The position numbers were made by a program, and so were the translations under genes. The notes under the pieces are model-generated. The model saw nothing but the letters and a program-made list of their open reading frames with translations, did no database searches and was not told the DNA's origin. Shown here piece by piece: positions 1 through 14,319 of a stretch of 64,000 nt of DNA. Source of the stretch: Takakia lepidozioides (lineage: Eukaryota; Plantae; Bryophyta); assembly GCA_030704615.1 (NCBI GenBank), contig CM060732.1:24242001-24306000 (forward strand), read 5' to 3'. Within the stretch, counting starts at the first letter, position 1. Each line of letters begins with the position of its first letter.

Positions 1-525
1 GATCCACAGCAGGCTGGAGCTTATGTGCTGCTATCAAACATCTATGCTGCAGCTGGCAGGTGGGATGATAAAGCAAAGGTGAGAAAAATGATGGAGGACA
101 GACATATCCAAAAGGAGCCAGGGCGCAGTTGCATTGAGATTGACAACAAGATACATACATTCATTGTTGAAGATAAATTGCATCCACAAATTGAGGAAAT
201 CCATGCTGAGCTGGAGAGATTGTTTGGGCATATGAAGGAGGCCGGGTATGTGCCTGACACACGCTTTGTGTTACATGATTTGGAGGAGGAGCAGAAGGAA
301 TTTTCTCTCTGCCACCACAGTGAGAAGCTGGCCATTGCTTTTGGCCTCATCAGCATGCCCCCTGGGGCAACTATCCGTGTCATCAAGAACCTTCGCGTGT
401 GTGGTGACTGCCACACGGCCACCAAATTCATCTCAAAGATTGTTGGGCGGGCAGTTGTACTACGGGACGCCAACCGCTTTCACCACTTTCAAGATGGGGT
501 TTGTTCTTGTGGGGATTACTGGTGA
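1..525 (+). CDS. 3' end of PLS-class PPR protein with E2/E+/DYW cytidine-deaminase domain (organellar C-to-U editing factor); 5' part lies outside the window
   Basis: Frame is open from base 1: [22 protein letters not shown] (E2), PG box [26 protein letters not shown], terminal CSCGDYW*. Canonical DYW:PG type. Confidence 0.96.
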   Translation, partial: DPQQAGAYVLLSNIYAAAGRWDDKAKVRKMMEDRHIQKEPGRSCIEIDNKIHTFIVEDKLHPQIEEIHAELERLFGHMKEAGYVPDTRFVLHDLEEEQKEFSLCHHSEKLAIAFGLISMPPGATIRVIKNLRVCGDCHTATKFISKIVGRAVVLRDANRFHHFQDGVCSCGDYW

Positions 526-2210
526 AGCAAGCAACATGCATGAAATGCTTCTAATTTTGTCATCTTTGTGAGAGGAGTGAAGTTGAAGGGACGGTTTGTG
601 TCATTCATTGACAGTCACCACTCCATCCTCTGTTGGCTGCTCATGGTACTTGTTACAGTTGATGTATGATCATCTATCTTCAGCTGTGAACTATTGCAGG
701 GGAGTAATGACTTCTTGCAGGGCATAATTGGGAATGAAGACATTCCTCGAGTTATTATGGAGGTTGATAATTTTGCACAAAAGGTGGTTCATCATGGGCT
801 CCCCATTGAAGGGCACTCAGTTTCTGGAGCTCCTCTTGAACTTCAAGCTATGCTGCTAGGCAGATTGTGGTATTAGTTGAGATGGTTTAGCCAAGGCAGT
901 ACTGATCATCAGGCCAAAAGCAGTCTCAAGTTTGGTCACACTGTGTCTCCTGCATCCAACTGGCCCAATCAGCTTTCAGATTGATTTATAGACTCTCTCA
1001 ACCTGCTAAACAGCAAGATCTGGATCCAGTCACCAAGGAGACTGTGATCTGGATCCAGTGACCATTCTTGACAGACCTCAAGTTGGAGAGAACTGTCAGA
1101 AACAAGATGAAGGAGCAGAGGATAATGGTTACAACGAGAAAGTCACCCAGGGAGCCCGTTTTGTAGATAGACTAGAGAATTTCAGGTGTTTCCATTGTTC
1201 TCTGTCAGCATGGTGCATTTTATGGGACATGCGGGAAGTGACAAGCATACAATGAAATTCGGTCCAGAACTAGTGTCTGGTCTGGACTATTTCAACGCAG
1301 TTATCACCAAAATCAGAACAAAGCCTCAAAATAAGTGTATTTAAAATGTGCATTCCACAGTGTGCCAGTAATTCCACTTCCACGTATCTATCATGTACAT
1401 TCCACACAAGCAAGACGAGTCTCAGCAATGAAGCATCTGCAATTCATTGTGGTTCTGAGAGATCAACAAGTTCAAGTAGTTATTCTTCAAAAGCTCCCCA
1501 AATGACCGTGGTATGACAGTATTGATATGGTAGCTTGTACAGAGTACCCCACATCATTATCAGCAGTCCATTAGTTGATGGTATTGAATCATTCGGGGAT
1601 ATAGTATCTTTGTTGGGTGGAGAAAATGTGCACTCCGGGGAGGCTCGCTTCGCTTCCTGCTCTCTAGTTCATCATTCCCGGTTTCTCCACCCTTTTCTCC
1701 AGATCAGGATGGCAGAGACCTGGCAGTGTGCTTCACTGCTCCCCAGAGCGCGCAGGGAGAGGCCCTAGCCTTGCCTTCTCCTTGCGGTGATCGACCCGCA
1801 GGCAGTCTGCCAATCTAATTTGCGGAAAGAAAAGTGTTGTGGTTTGAGAAGGATGTTTTGACAGTTCAGCTTTATCAACAAAGGCACGCCAGTAAGGATC
1901 AGATCATCTGTTGGACGTGGGATGTGCGATAGAGGTTCACAACACCTCCTCATGTGCCTTCTCCCTTCATCATATAATTGAAAATCAACCACTGGTGGAG
2001 CTGGCATGCAGGTGGGTATCTACAACAGACCTTTTCTTTCTCTTCGGGGTTGATCTGGAAGTTGGAGTTGGGTTCTTCGAGTTGGACTAACCCCAGTTGT
2101 CTGATTGTCTGGCCTTTTTTTGAGGTCACACAGAGGTACCGGGTCTTTGCGCACAGAAAGTTTGAAGCCATAGGAGAAGTGGGAAGTGAGAAGGTGGAAA
2201 GATAGTCAGA

Positions 2211-2338
2211 ATGTTGAGGTTGCGCGCGTTTCGCCCCACCCAGGACAAGGTGCTGCGCCTCCTGCTGCATCCCACCTACCCATGGCTTGTCACAGCTGAT
2301 GCCAGTGACAACGTGGTTGTGTGGGATTGGGAGCATCG

Positions 2339-2385
<47 letters not shown>

Positions 2386-5300
2386 AAGCACACATCCGAG
2401 ACATCTGACCGATTGTATTGCCTGTCCCCTTCGGTCTTGCGAATGCCGCAAACCAGTATTTGCAGGCAATCAGATGTGATCGGGCAAATCCTCCTCCTTG
2501 ATGGAATTAGTCAGCCTCTGGCACGGTCTGTTTGTGGTGAGGGTTGCTGTTATACTACAATTTGGATCACATTACCGAGCGAAGCTCGTTTCCAAGCAGC
2601 TGAGATATCCACCTGCTGAGTGTGGATTTCAGCACACAACATAAAACTCGGCTCCGAGCTTCATGTGAATTTATCAATGCCATTCTGAACGAACAGTAAC
2701 AGTGCGTTTGCTGGAGCCCGAAGTAGCAGGATCAGCAGGAACACTTTTCTGTATTAGTCACCTTTAAAGCTGTTACTGATCACCTAGGACAAGCAAGGTT
2801 TGTTTTTGGTCTTGGGCAGCTTGTCCAGTATGGTTGGAAATCAGATAATGTGAGGAAGCTACATAATTGTCGGCCACATAATCACCAAATTTCACCAAAG
2901 CGGTAGTAGACTTTATTGGCTTACGTGACTAGAAGCCATAAGAGAAGTTCCAATTCTAAATAGCAACAAGGGTCAAGTCTCGCATCAAAAGATTGGAATG
3001 GTCTTCCTAATTCATCGGTGGGTATAGGCTTCATGTCAGAGGCTTTGGTCATAGCTTTTGTGCTTGTGCCAGATCAAGTGTTTCCCATTTGTTGTACCAC
3101 TTGTACTGAGTGCAGGTGGTTTATGAGGTTAATGCGAAGGGTGTTGATGAGCGCCGCTTGGTGGGCGCCCAGCTTCAGAAGCTTGCTGAAGGGGATGCCG
3201 GTATTCTCCTTCTCTCTCAAGTTCCTCTTATTCTTCTTCTCTTTCTGTGCAGTTCCTACTCACTAAGTAGCATTTGCAATCACTTGTTGAGGTTGCACTG
3301 CAGTGACATGAATATTCAAACAGTAACAGAGGAACTCTTCAGTCAAACTTTCTGTGGAAAATTTAATCTTTCAAGGCTGGTGGATAACAAAGTCAATTTA
3401 GCTTAAGCATCCCAACTTTCCATTTCATTCACCATGGTGGCTTGCTAATGAATATTGCTGGACTCTTGGTTGGATTCCCCCAGTTCAGTTGCTGTTTTTG
3501 TCAGTGGTGGTGTGTTATATTTCTCTGGTTAGTGCTCAATAGTCATGACTTTGGCCTGCTTCTTGTCATTGATGGTATTTTGTTGTGAACAGAGCCCAAA
3601 GCAAAAATCTCAGAATCCATCCGAGGAGGAAGGTAAGAAGTTACTTTAGCCTGCATCACTTGAGGACGTGTTTCATTCACAGTACTTAGTAACACATTAA
3701 GTGTCTCTTACTGGCAGAGAATATATACTTCCAGCTCATGTTGTACCTTAATTGCAGCGTTTTGGAAAGAGACATCCCAAGAACAAAATTTCCTACAAAC
3801 GGAAGTCAATCTTTGCAAAGTGTCTGAGGGATTGCTTGATTGATGCAGTGTAAAGCATGTCACATTCTATGATGATGATGTGCGCTTCTGGCAAGCGTGG
3901 CTTAACCGCTCAGCTGTTGGAGAGGCATCTATGGCAGCCAACCAGCAATTTACTCCCATTGGAGGAGGGCATATGACCATCAAGGGACGACATTTCCTGG
4001 TGGTGTGTTGTGAGAATAAGGCTATCTTCTTGGATATGGTTAGCATGAGGGCACGAGACGTGCCTAAACAAGTGTTTGACAACAAATCACCTCTTTGGTA
4101 AATGCTACAAGATCCATAAACTGTTATTTGCTTACTTTTATTTCTAAGCGATATTGCTCAAGGGCTGGATTTGGACAATGGGTGCATACCATCTCAGTTG
4201 TTTGGGATTCTGTGACTGTAACATATAGAAGCCAAGTTTACTCTCTCGTAATTCACAAAAATGATATCTGCATTTGTCCTCCAGTGTGGCATTCCTGCCC
4301 CGGTCAGCGGTTGTTGAGGGTCCTCTTGCTGCATTTGGTGGTTCTGATGGAGTTATCCGAGTTCTTTCAATGACATTGTGGCAGGTATGCCTTCACACCC
4401 TTTTTAACATAATTCAGATTTTCTTCAGTGAACTTTATACTCAATAGTAAAGGTCGGTGGAGCTCACCTGCTGGAAATCATCTCCTTGGTCACCAGATTA
4501 GATCCTCAGTACTGGAGGCCAAAGAAATGATGTTGGTATACTGCATTGACGTACATGTTTGTAAGATTTATCTTTCCCAAAGGATTGTGTCACTCACAGT
4601 TAGTAACCATGACAAATTACAGGAGCACTCATGCATGTGTGCACAAAAGTCAATCACCATTGCCTTCCTCGATTCAGTTGGTTTTAGTGATCCCACTCGC
4701 AAGATTTATGGTTTCTGGGTTCTGGTTCAAGCAAGGAGAAAAATCCGAGTATACTTGCTAGGTATGATGGTGTGTTCTTTCTAGCAGTCTAGATCCTGTG
4801 ATAGCTTGACCAATTACATCTAAGTTCGAGTCCAGTGGCTTCCCATGTTGAATAGAAAACCCCATGTCAAGGAACTGGCCAAGGAACCGGTCTTGGAGGC
4901 ATCAAGCTAAGTGTGCTGGAAGCACTGAGTTGGAAATTACTCAGAGGGGCATAAAAAGTGATGGCAGCTCGGCTTTTGCATTGTGCAGCTGGTGCGGCGG
5001 TACATTGGGGGCCACAAGGGTGCCATTTCATGCCTCATGACATTTTTGACTTCCTCTGGGGAGGTACTTGTATTTCTCCTTTTTTAACACATTCTTTACA
5101 TGTCTATTTTGCCATCTTAATCTTGAGACATTACCTGTAAGCAGGAGCCCATGCCTAGTGGTGAGCACATGATCTTTTAACCACCCGTTGTCCAGTCAGG
5201 GCTCTGCCCTGGAGACTACCCGGAGTGCCCTAACTTTGGCACGCAAGGCTCTTTTGCAGGGATCGCCTGGTTTGTAGAAGGTTCGAAGGCAGACAGTGGG

Positions 5301-8300
5301 GCAATTGGTTTTCTTATAGACAGATTAGCAGGCAGATATGTGACGCAACATACATAGCCTCACCATGATGCCAGTGTGGATTGTGCCAGACAGGGCAGAC
5401 ACACTGTCTCCCAATCGGCAGGGATCTGTTACCAGACCAAATCACATGCCACAGACACTGGCTCATGTGTGCAACTTCTAAACAAGGCCTAAGCATAGGT
5501 GTATGTTGGATGTCACCCATTATTGCGAACCCGGCTATTAAAGTGGGTTGTTGGGTCAATTGGTCACCTAATGTGTGGGTACCTTGGGTCTTTCAAGTCC
5601 TTGGGGGAAGTTTGGGCAACCGCTTTGCCCTGGTTACAGCCGCTAGGTGTCCTCCAAACTGAATGGAAGGCAGTAGCCCTTTGGGGTGAAGTGGTACCAT
5701 AACTTTTACTTGCTTCAGCAGGAGTCACCTTTTTTTTCTTAGGGGATCTTCAGACCATCTTCAAGGCATCTGCTGCTTGGATTTACATATCGAGAGAGAC
5801 ATGCAGTTCACAATATCCATGGACAGGAAGACCGGCATTTCTGTTTGCAGTTAAGGAAGTCGGGATAGAGTCTGACCTTTGTTCTGGTGGGTAGACGCTG
5901 ATGGTGTCAGGAGGCAATGACGGGATGCTAGTCTTATGGAATGTCGATGGTGCACAGGCCACCCGGGAAGTGGCGCCGAAGCTCTCAGTCAAGGTTGTTG
6001 TACCGTACTCATTCTCTGCAAGTTCCTCTGTGCCACTGCAAATTTGATGTTCCCATTGGCAGTTGTGGCGTTCACAGTGAACCCAGTAATGTGGTCCTCC
6101 TTCCAATCTGGTGGAGAGGGATGTTCAGGTGGTCATATTATCCTCCACTCGTAAGAACTGCCAAGAGAAGAGACACTCAGAGATATACATCTAAGAAATA
6201 CAGCATGTTTCAGTAGTCTTTTGTGAGTATCAACGGTCGTACTCGTTATTTAATGGCATGTTTGTGATAGCGGGGCGCTTGGGGCTGTACGTCGGCGACT
6301 TGGCTTGGGCTTCTTGAGTTTCATGGTCACTTTGTTTTTGAGTTTTCAGTAAGGGCTCTTGGTATATTCAACCTGCAAAAGAAGGGGTGAGGAAGAAGAA
6401 ATGAACTTTCTGACAGCCACAGGGGGCCCCAGAAAACTTATTGGGCAAGAATGCATACAAAAACAATAGAAACAGTAGCAAACCAGGCATCCGAAGATGC
6501 AGTCCCTGGTGGTGGAGAGGGAGAGAGAGAGTGTGTGACATAAATGCACAAGGAGCTGGCGACATACAGACAAAGAATAACGCAAGGCTCAATGTGAAAC
6601 GATAACAGACAATTTTGACAAATGGTTGGGTATTGACAATGCAGGCACATGATGGGGGAGTGTATGGGGTAGAGCTCGCTAGAGTGCAGGATGGGGCTCC
6701 TCAGCTCGTTAGTATTGGAGCAGACAAAACCCTGGCAATTTGGGATTCTGTCACCTTGAAGGTATGTTACCATGTGCATCTAAGTTAGCTCTGTTGCGTA
6801 GAAAAATAGTTGCCAAGTGAGATGATGTCTATAATAAAGTAGCAGGCTGTCAAGTAGGCAAACAGCAGGTTATTGGCAGGTGGTAGGGATTAAAGTGAGT
6901 GCTCCTATGAGCTCTTCGTGCTTGCTGCGAGCACAGCCATTACCGTTGGTCTACTCACTTGAGATTTGGAAAGCGGGACGTTGCTCTTTGAGTTTATTGC
7001 TACATGTGAGTTCAGCTGCTACAAATTAAGGAGTCTGGAGACTAGGCTTGGTTGATCATGTGGCTTTGATTAAGGGTCAACATCTGATTAATATGATTGG
7101 CTGGGACAACTGATTGCCTGTGCTGAGAGGGAGTTCAAGGGCGGCTCTTGACTGACAATCACGTATTTTAGGAATTGCGGCGCATAAAGCCAGTTTCAAA
7201 GTTGGCATGCCACAGTATAGCCTCGTGGTGCCATCCTCGCGTCCCCAACCTTGACCTTCTTGTCTGCGTCAAAGACTCCCATATTTGGTAAGAGCATCTC
7301 CTGGCAATTTTTCCTAATCTGTATTTGAAAGGTATGTTTAGGACCTTCATGTATTAGTCAACAAAACGCAGATTAGTCAAGGAACATGATGGACTGATTG
7401 TGCTGAGCATTATAGATTTTTCATAACGCTTTGCTTTGGAGTGAGGTAATTGTCAAGGATTTTTGGAGTCAATCTTCCTGTGATGAGTGGTGGACTAACG
7501 ACAGTTAAACCGCGGTTTAAATTCATCTGGGGGTTTGTATGGTGTGTTGGGTGCCTTGCATTTTGGCAGGGCTATAGAGCACTCAGCTTATGGTGCTATC
7601 ACCAGGCCTCTTTGTGACTTGACTTCTCAAGTCCCTCCTTCTTTGCTTTCATCCACAAAGAAGTTGAAGGTGCACCATCTTTCTTCCCCTCATTGTGTGC
7701 TTACATCACCTGTTTCCTTGTCTCTGGCGTCTTGTCTCATTCCCCTGTAGATCTGGAACCCTGACTTGCATTACGATGATATGGGTATGCCAATACTTTG
7801 GCTACCAGACTGACCTAGTTGCTTGGTTTATTTGACTATGTTCCAGGCTTATTGTATGGCTGTACACCCATTGCAGCCACACTTAGTTGCAACGGGCACA
7901 AATCTTGGGGTGATTCTCAGTGAGTTTGATGCAAAAGCTCTCCCAGCAGCTGTCCCTCTCCTCACTCCACCTGGCAGCAAAGAGCATACTGTTGCATTTT
8001 CAGTAGAGCGGGAGATTTGGTTGCTGTCGTTCCAGCTAGCTGCGCCCCTAACCCCCACTCTGACAAACACGGGGGCATTGCTTGAGATGAATGGACGGAC
8101 CCGTGTTGACCCTCTCGAGTCCCCACAGTTGCAGGTACTTGCATTAATCAAGTCAAAATCTGTGAAAATATGAACATCAGTTGATGGGAAAATGGAGATA
8201 CTTTTATTTGGAAATAGTGGGCTTGTTGATATGAGGTACAGGGGTTTCATTTAGACCAGGCCACAAATTTGTTCCTGTTTTCCGCAAGTGATTGTTGCAT

Positions 8301-11300
8301 GCCTCTCCTCTTTTCTACCTGTGTGTTGAACTATTAGCACACCCACATCAGATATGCTTTGACAGGAAGGGAGTGATGGGCAATGAAGTCAAACAGGCAT
8401 TGTATTTACAAGCATTTGGTTTGTTTCATTGTGCTTGCAGCCTTCACTGAAAGTGCCAGTGTAGTATGTCAAAGAGTGTCTTTGAACACTCCAACTCATC
8501 GGTGAGGTGACTATGCAGGTGAAGCAGTCACGGAGGCGTGTGGCATCACTCTCACATGATTCTTATTCATGGCTTTCTACTAGCAAATCTGGAAAGTAAG
8601 GGCACTGTCATGGGCTGAAAAAGCTTTTATTCCTGATTTGGCATTATGGACCTCTGTTAGTACCAATGGCGTTCAATGCGTGCCAAGGGATGAAGGCAAT
8701 GAGCCCTTCTCTCATAATAAATTTGAGTCTCTGTGAGTTGCAAGAAAATTATCACAATTAGCTCTGGCATCACTTTTGACACAGCTAGGTCATGTGGTTG
8801 TATGAGTAGCAAACTGAAGAATTGTCAGCTTTTCTCTGATATCCTGTAGAGATCACATAGCAATCTTCTAACTTCAAAGAACTGTGCCTCTGGCGTTTTA
8901 AATCTATGTGGGTGCTATGGGGGACATGTTTTAGCCATTCTATGTTTCCCCTTTCCTATTCTAGTATTTTTCTCAGGATAAAGAGACCATCACGTAACGA
9001 TACCCAGGCTACAGGTAGCAACTTGCTTGATCGTCCATGCAAGGATTAAACTTACCTTGTCTGAATGCATGGCAGGTATGTGTCAGTTGTCTGGCCTGAT
9101 GCACCAGCATATGCCATTTATAGGGTTGCTGATTGGGCACTGATCGATTCAGGTCCCGCCCGCTATTTTGCCTGGGATTCTTGCAAGGAACGGTTTGCAG
9201 TGATTGAGACCTTCCTGGCCCCAAGGACACCGGCTGTTGTGAAGGGGGGAAGAAAAGCAAAAGAAGCTGCAGCTCAAGCAGCTGCCGCAGCTGCTGCCGC
9301 TGCCAGTGCCTCAGCGGCAGCCACCGTTCAAGTGCGCATACTACTGGATGATGGGAGTGTTAATTTATTGGCTAAGTCAATTGAAGGGCGTTCTGAGCCG
9401 GTAAACTAGTAACAACCCCACCTTGGGCTCTTATTTCCTTTCAGATTGATGTTTCAGGACCTCAAGTAATTGATCTTTTACATGTTGGTTAAAGCAATTG
9501 TGCAGGTGATTGGATTGCAAGGAGGAGCATTGTTGGGAGTCACGTACAAGATGCCTAGACGGCTCAGTACTGCGAGTTCAGTGGCCTTGTCAGCAGCATC
9601 AGGCAATGGCAACTCATTTTCTGAGGACACTTCTCCTGGTAGTGGGAAGCCCACAGAAGCGCCTGCAAATTTCCAGCTGTACAGGTATGATTGGCCTTTG
9701 TGGAAGATTGGATCTTTCCTTGAAAACATGTCCAATGGAGTATCCTTCCTTACAAGCAATTATGCATGAGCAGGTCTGGCTTACAAGTCTGCTGATATTA
9801 GTTTGTCCTGAACTTGTAAGGACACTTGGCTATGCAAGACAGTCTGGTTTTACTGGAATGTTGGCTTGGCAGCTGGGAAACTTTCAAGCCGGTCAGTGGG
9901 ATGCTCCCCCAACCTGAATGGAGTGCATGGGACCAGACTGTCGAATATTGTGCTCTTTCTTACCAACGATACATTGTCCTTTCATCTCTCCGCCCACAGT
10001 ACCGCTACCTGGGCAATGTGGCCATTGGTGCTGCAACAGGTGGTGTGTGGCATCGCCGTCAACTGTTCCTGGCCACACCAACCACTATTGAGTGAGCTGC
10101 CCCTGCCGGTTTGTTTGTACATTCTGGTCCATTGTCCAATTTGAAGAACGAGCCTCAGAGAGGCTTGCTCTGCCTTTTTCGGGGACGGAGGTCCTCCGAT
10201 AGGTAACAGCAAGAACATCTAGAATAAGATCAAGGAAGGAACCTAACAACTTCAGTAAACGCTGCTCCCGACTGAGTCAAATATCGTTGCCTCCTATGTG
10301 CTCCATCATAGGACTGGTTTGTGGATGGTTCTTTTCTTAAGTGTGGATCTGTCTCCGTTTGGGTGAAATAGTTAAGTCCTATATAAATTATGTCAGGATG
10401 GAAACAGCTGTGGATATGGCAGTTGGCTTCAAATTGACTTGGTGATTGGGTTGGCAGATGTGTCTTTGTGGATGCTGGTGTGAGTGCCATTGATGTGGAG
10501 AGGAAGAAGAAAAAGGAAGAACAAAAGGTAAGGGAGGCGCAGGTAAAGGCATATTCGGAGCAAGGGGAGTTGGCTCTGCTGACAGTGGAGGGGCCCAAAG
10601 CAGTGGTGACTGAGAGAATTGCCTTGCGGCCTCCAATGCTGCAAGTTGTGAGACTAGCATCATTTCAAACAGCTCCCTCAGTTCCCCCGTTTGTCTCCAT
10701 GCCTAAGATATCGAAAGGAGACGGGGAAGGTCAAGTGCCCCTGAAGGAACTGGAAGAGAGGAAAGTAAGTCCAGAGGCATTTGTGGCTGGAGGGGGAGTT
10801 TCAGTCACTGTTTCTAGACTACCACTCGAGCAGAAGCGTCCAGTTGGGCCTCTTGTTGTGGTAGGGGTGCGAGACGGGGTCTTATGGTTAGTTGACAGGT
10901 ATTTTCTCCCCCCACCTCCCCCCCCACCACACATACACAGAGTTGGTTACACTATTTACAGATCAAAACTGGCAGATACACCTAACTGTCCTGTCAGTGA
11001 CACCCAGCCAATTTCCACAGAGAGAAGAGAGTAGACTCCAGCTGAAGCCAGTTAAGAGCCACTTCTTGAGCTAGGGTACGGCCCTGTCTGGGGGTGGCCC
11101 TGTCTGGGGGTGGGTCTACAGAAGTAACAACTTCCACAGACGTTATTTCCCAAGTACAGGATTTTCTCAGCTTACAGCATGCAAGATGTGGATTTTTTTC
11201 TGCTCTAGTTATTACAAGAGCAGAGGGAGATTGTCTCTTCAATGGGCTGATCAGTGCTGGCTTCAGTTTTGAAGCGCAGAAGAGTTGACATGTTAGCAAT

Positions 11301-14031
11301 GTCAATGTCAATGTTGAGTCTGGATCAAGAGGAAATGTGATGGTGCCTTCCTTGAAGGCTATTGTTGTCTATAAATTTTCTATATAGTCTGGACTAGACA
11401 GAACCTTCCTTGTCAAGACAAGACAAGCCCTATCTCTCTCTCTCTCTCCATGCTGTGGGCAATCTGAAGACAGTATTCATTTTCTGATACACTGTCCGGG
11501 GTTCTCTCACCAAAGAGACGCTCTCTTCAAATCTATTAAGGGAATTGTGCCTGTACCCCTGTTTACCAACTTTGAAAGTCTCGAGGCTGAGCCAAAAGCC
11601 CAGGCCCTCCTGAGGCCTAGTTTTTGGGCAAATCACACACAGCAGATTGATGCTTGTGTGAAGGGATTTCTAGAGGATATCTGGAAAACCCGGATTAATT
11701 CTTTACATGGAGGTAAGTCTTACTACCAACGTCAGCCTCTGACAGAGGTAGGTTCTGTCCCTTTTGTTCCCGCTCAAACTGGGCGCGGGGTCAATGGCCA
11801 CAAGGCTACGGCAAACAACGTCTTATGAGTACAATCTCTCCATGCTGTTCTGGCGTCAGCCCCTGACAAATGTAGTTTCTGTTCCTTTGTGCTCCGCTCA
11901 AACTGGGTCCGGGGTCAATGGCCACAAGGCAAACAATGTCTTACGAGTACATTCTCTCCATGCTTTTGTGGTTAATGCTTGTCAGTCCGCTAAACAAACA
12001 GAGGGGTGGGTTAGGTACATGACTGCACATGCGATTGGGCTTAGCCATCCAGGGATTCGATGCCGGTGTCTGGCAGCGTATGGAGATGCTGTGAGTGCTG
12101 TGAAATGGTGAGCCTTTGTCTTTTGCAGTTTTGAGAACTATCAACCAGTGTGTTGTGTGCCTGAGTTTTGTTTGGCTAAGATTCTATATGCTCTTTCCCA
12201 AGTTTTGGTGGATAAGTGTTGGAGGTTATAGCAATATGCAAATGACATGCTGCGTAGCACCTCCCTTGTTTTGGTTAGTATTCCCGGCCTCATGTTTCTC
12301 TGTCAAAATGCAGCTTATCGCTAAGTAAAATGTGTAAATAGCTTACTAATATGCATTTGGGTGGATGCAGGGCATCTCGATTGGGGAGAGAGCACCACGA
12401 TGACCTGGCCTACTTCATGCTGGGCATGGGCTACGCCACTGAGGCACTCCATTTGCCAGGCATTTCCAAGAGGTTATGACTCCAACTGCACAGCTGTTTG
12501 TTGTCCTCAAAGTTGGCTGCTTCTGTGGCAAGGATCGACCGTCAATGAATGAAGCCTCTCAATCTGTCCTTGTAGTACATATTTGGACTCACTGTTGAAG
12601 TGGAAATGTTCTGATGGTACAGATTGGAATATGATCTGGCAATGCAAAGCGGAGACCTGAAGAGAGCGCTGCAATGCCTTATCACTCTAAGCAACAGCAA
12701 AAGCATTGGGCAGGACATAGAATTAAGCACCGATCCCATTGGGGTTCTATCTCTCACGGCCAGCCAGGAGATCAAGGCTGAGGCAGCGCAAGGAATAGTG
12801 AAATTCGCACGCGAGTTTTTGGAATTGATCGATGCAGCTGATGCTACTGCACAGTCTGACATTGCTGGGCAGGCTCTCAAGAGACTGGCGGCTGCCGGTG
12901 CAGTGGGAGGTGCTCTTCACTCCCATGAGCTGCAAGGGTTATCGCTGAGGCTTGCAACACATGGAGAGTTGACTCGATTGGCGGTAGGATTCACACTTGT
13001 CCTCTCGTGGAGTTGCTCCTTTTCTTTGGCAAGCTGGCTGGACTAGAGTTGGTCTATATTGTCTTTCGATGTTTGCAATTGTTTTTAAGTTCCCCATGTG
13101 GCAGGCATGTAGTAAGTAAGAAGGCTGCGATGTTTCTTGATTCTAGCCTCTTCAGATAGCTGACAGCCTGTCCTGTAAATTTGTGTAAGAAATCATATGA
13201 ATTGGCAGAGATTTACTGCTCAAATGATCCTGGACTTTACCTCCAGTTGTCTGACTGAAAACGTGAGTGATGCCACACAGGTGCAAACAAACACAATGAT
13301 AGCTGCCGGTCAGGGCCACGAGGCAGCACTTGCAGCAGCCCTTTTGGGAGACCCCAACCTTCTTGAGAAGGCATGGCTAGATACAGGCATGCTCGCAGAG
13401 GCTGCGCTTCATGCCCATGTCAGATCCATCTCTCAAGCCCCCTCTTGTTTATCAACATGTATTTTCTCTGTAAACATTTCTCTGGTAATGCACCCCATTC
13501 TGAGTTATTCTGTTCTGATCATCCCATGGGTAGTGTGGCCTCTGCATGCAGGCCAATGGAAGACCTTCACTGAAGTCAATATTACAGCAATGGAACAAGG
13601 TGCTCCAGAAACAATACACCAGCCCCGGCGCGTCATTGCCACCCCCTCCCTCGGCCCTCAATCAGCCCTCTGGAGCTGACCTCTTAGTGCCAGCCGGCGC
13701 CCCTCCACTCACTCCAGACAAGGGGACTTCAGTTGGGTTAAGCCTCCAACAACCAAGCAGGAAACCCTTAATCGAGGTTCTCCCTCCTGGATATGTCATG
13801 CCCAATTCAGTGACTGGAACACCGGCAAAGGGACCTGCTGGCCCTCAACAAAGTCTATCACAACCAAGCAAGCCCTTGCTGCTGGAAGCTCCTCCTGCCC
13901 CTGCTGTGCATATGACTACTGCGACTCCCACTCCCACTCCCACTCCTGCTCCTGCGGCTTCCTTGCCCGCTGCAGCTCCCACCCCCCTGCCTGCACTACC
14001 GTCTACTACCGAGCTTATTGAACTTTCTTGA
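2211..14031 (+). CDS. TWD40-2: TPLATE/TSET complex WD40 subunit, TWD40-2-like (clathrin-mediated endocytosis); 21 coding exons
   Basis: GT-AG exons read by hand in consistent phase: 2211-2342, 3116-3200, 3593-3632, 3849-4097, 4285-4384, 4989-5063, 5895-5993, 6645-6761, 7172-7287, 7570-7669, 7847-8134, 8519-8595, 9076-9400, 9506-9684, 9873-10091, 10458-10898, 12015-12107, 12371-12472, 12623-12983, 13281-13418, 13552-14031 (3816 nt, 1271 aa). Motifs MLRLRAFRPT..HPTYPWLVTAD, GVDERRLVGA, CCENKAIFLD, WHRRQLF, HPGIRCRCLAAYGDAVSAVKW, EHHDDLA match my recollection of Arabidopsis TWD40-2; Pro/Ala-rich C-terminus. Confidence 0.92.
2344..2382 (+). repeat. (TC)n microsatellite directly at the intron 1 donor of TWD40-2
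   Basis: AG|GT followed by about 19 TC units. Confidence 0.95.
11454..11834 (+). mobile_element. 5'-truncated 3'-end copy of the RTEX-like LINE in TWD40-2 intron 16
   Basis: Near-identical to ~16637-17015; flanked by direct repeat TCTCTCCATGCTGT (11443-11456 and 11835-11848). Confidence 0.92.
11849..11952 (+). mobile_element. Second, more diverged LINE 3'-end copy, in tandem with the previous one
   Basis: CCGCTCAAACTGGG..GGGGTCAATGGCCACAAGG..GAGTACAT, followed by a third TCTCTCCATGCT (11953-11964). Confidence 0.85.
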
Positions 14032-14319
14032 CCAACAATACGAGTGTGGCTCTGCATAGATCATGGCCTGCAGCTAGTCATCCCATTACATCCATTGACA
14101 ACCCAAGACACTGATGATCAGGCCAGTGATAGAAGGCACATTTTGTTTGTAAACCTCCCACTGCTAGTCCCTACGGATACAGAATTGTCTTGTTGAGTTG
14201 AATCATTTTTTGTCGCCACTTAGGCCAAATAACAACAGTCCTTGACCTTGTTGTCATTCCACCTCTCATTTGGCACTCTTCTCTTCTCCTCTCCTCTCTT
14301 CTCTCTTCTCTTCTCTTTG

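Noticed and set aside
1-525. Possible U-to-C (DYW:KP-type) editing factor
   Set aside because: It has a canonical PG box, HSEKLA and a DYW end, so it reads as an ordinary C-to-U type.
4750-5300. tRNA/SINE-like motifs in TWD40-2 introns (GTTCGAGTCC ~4823; TGCCTAGTGG ~5153)
   Set aside because: Isolated boxes without correct spacing, cloverleaf or TSD.
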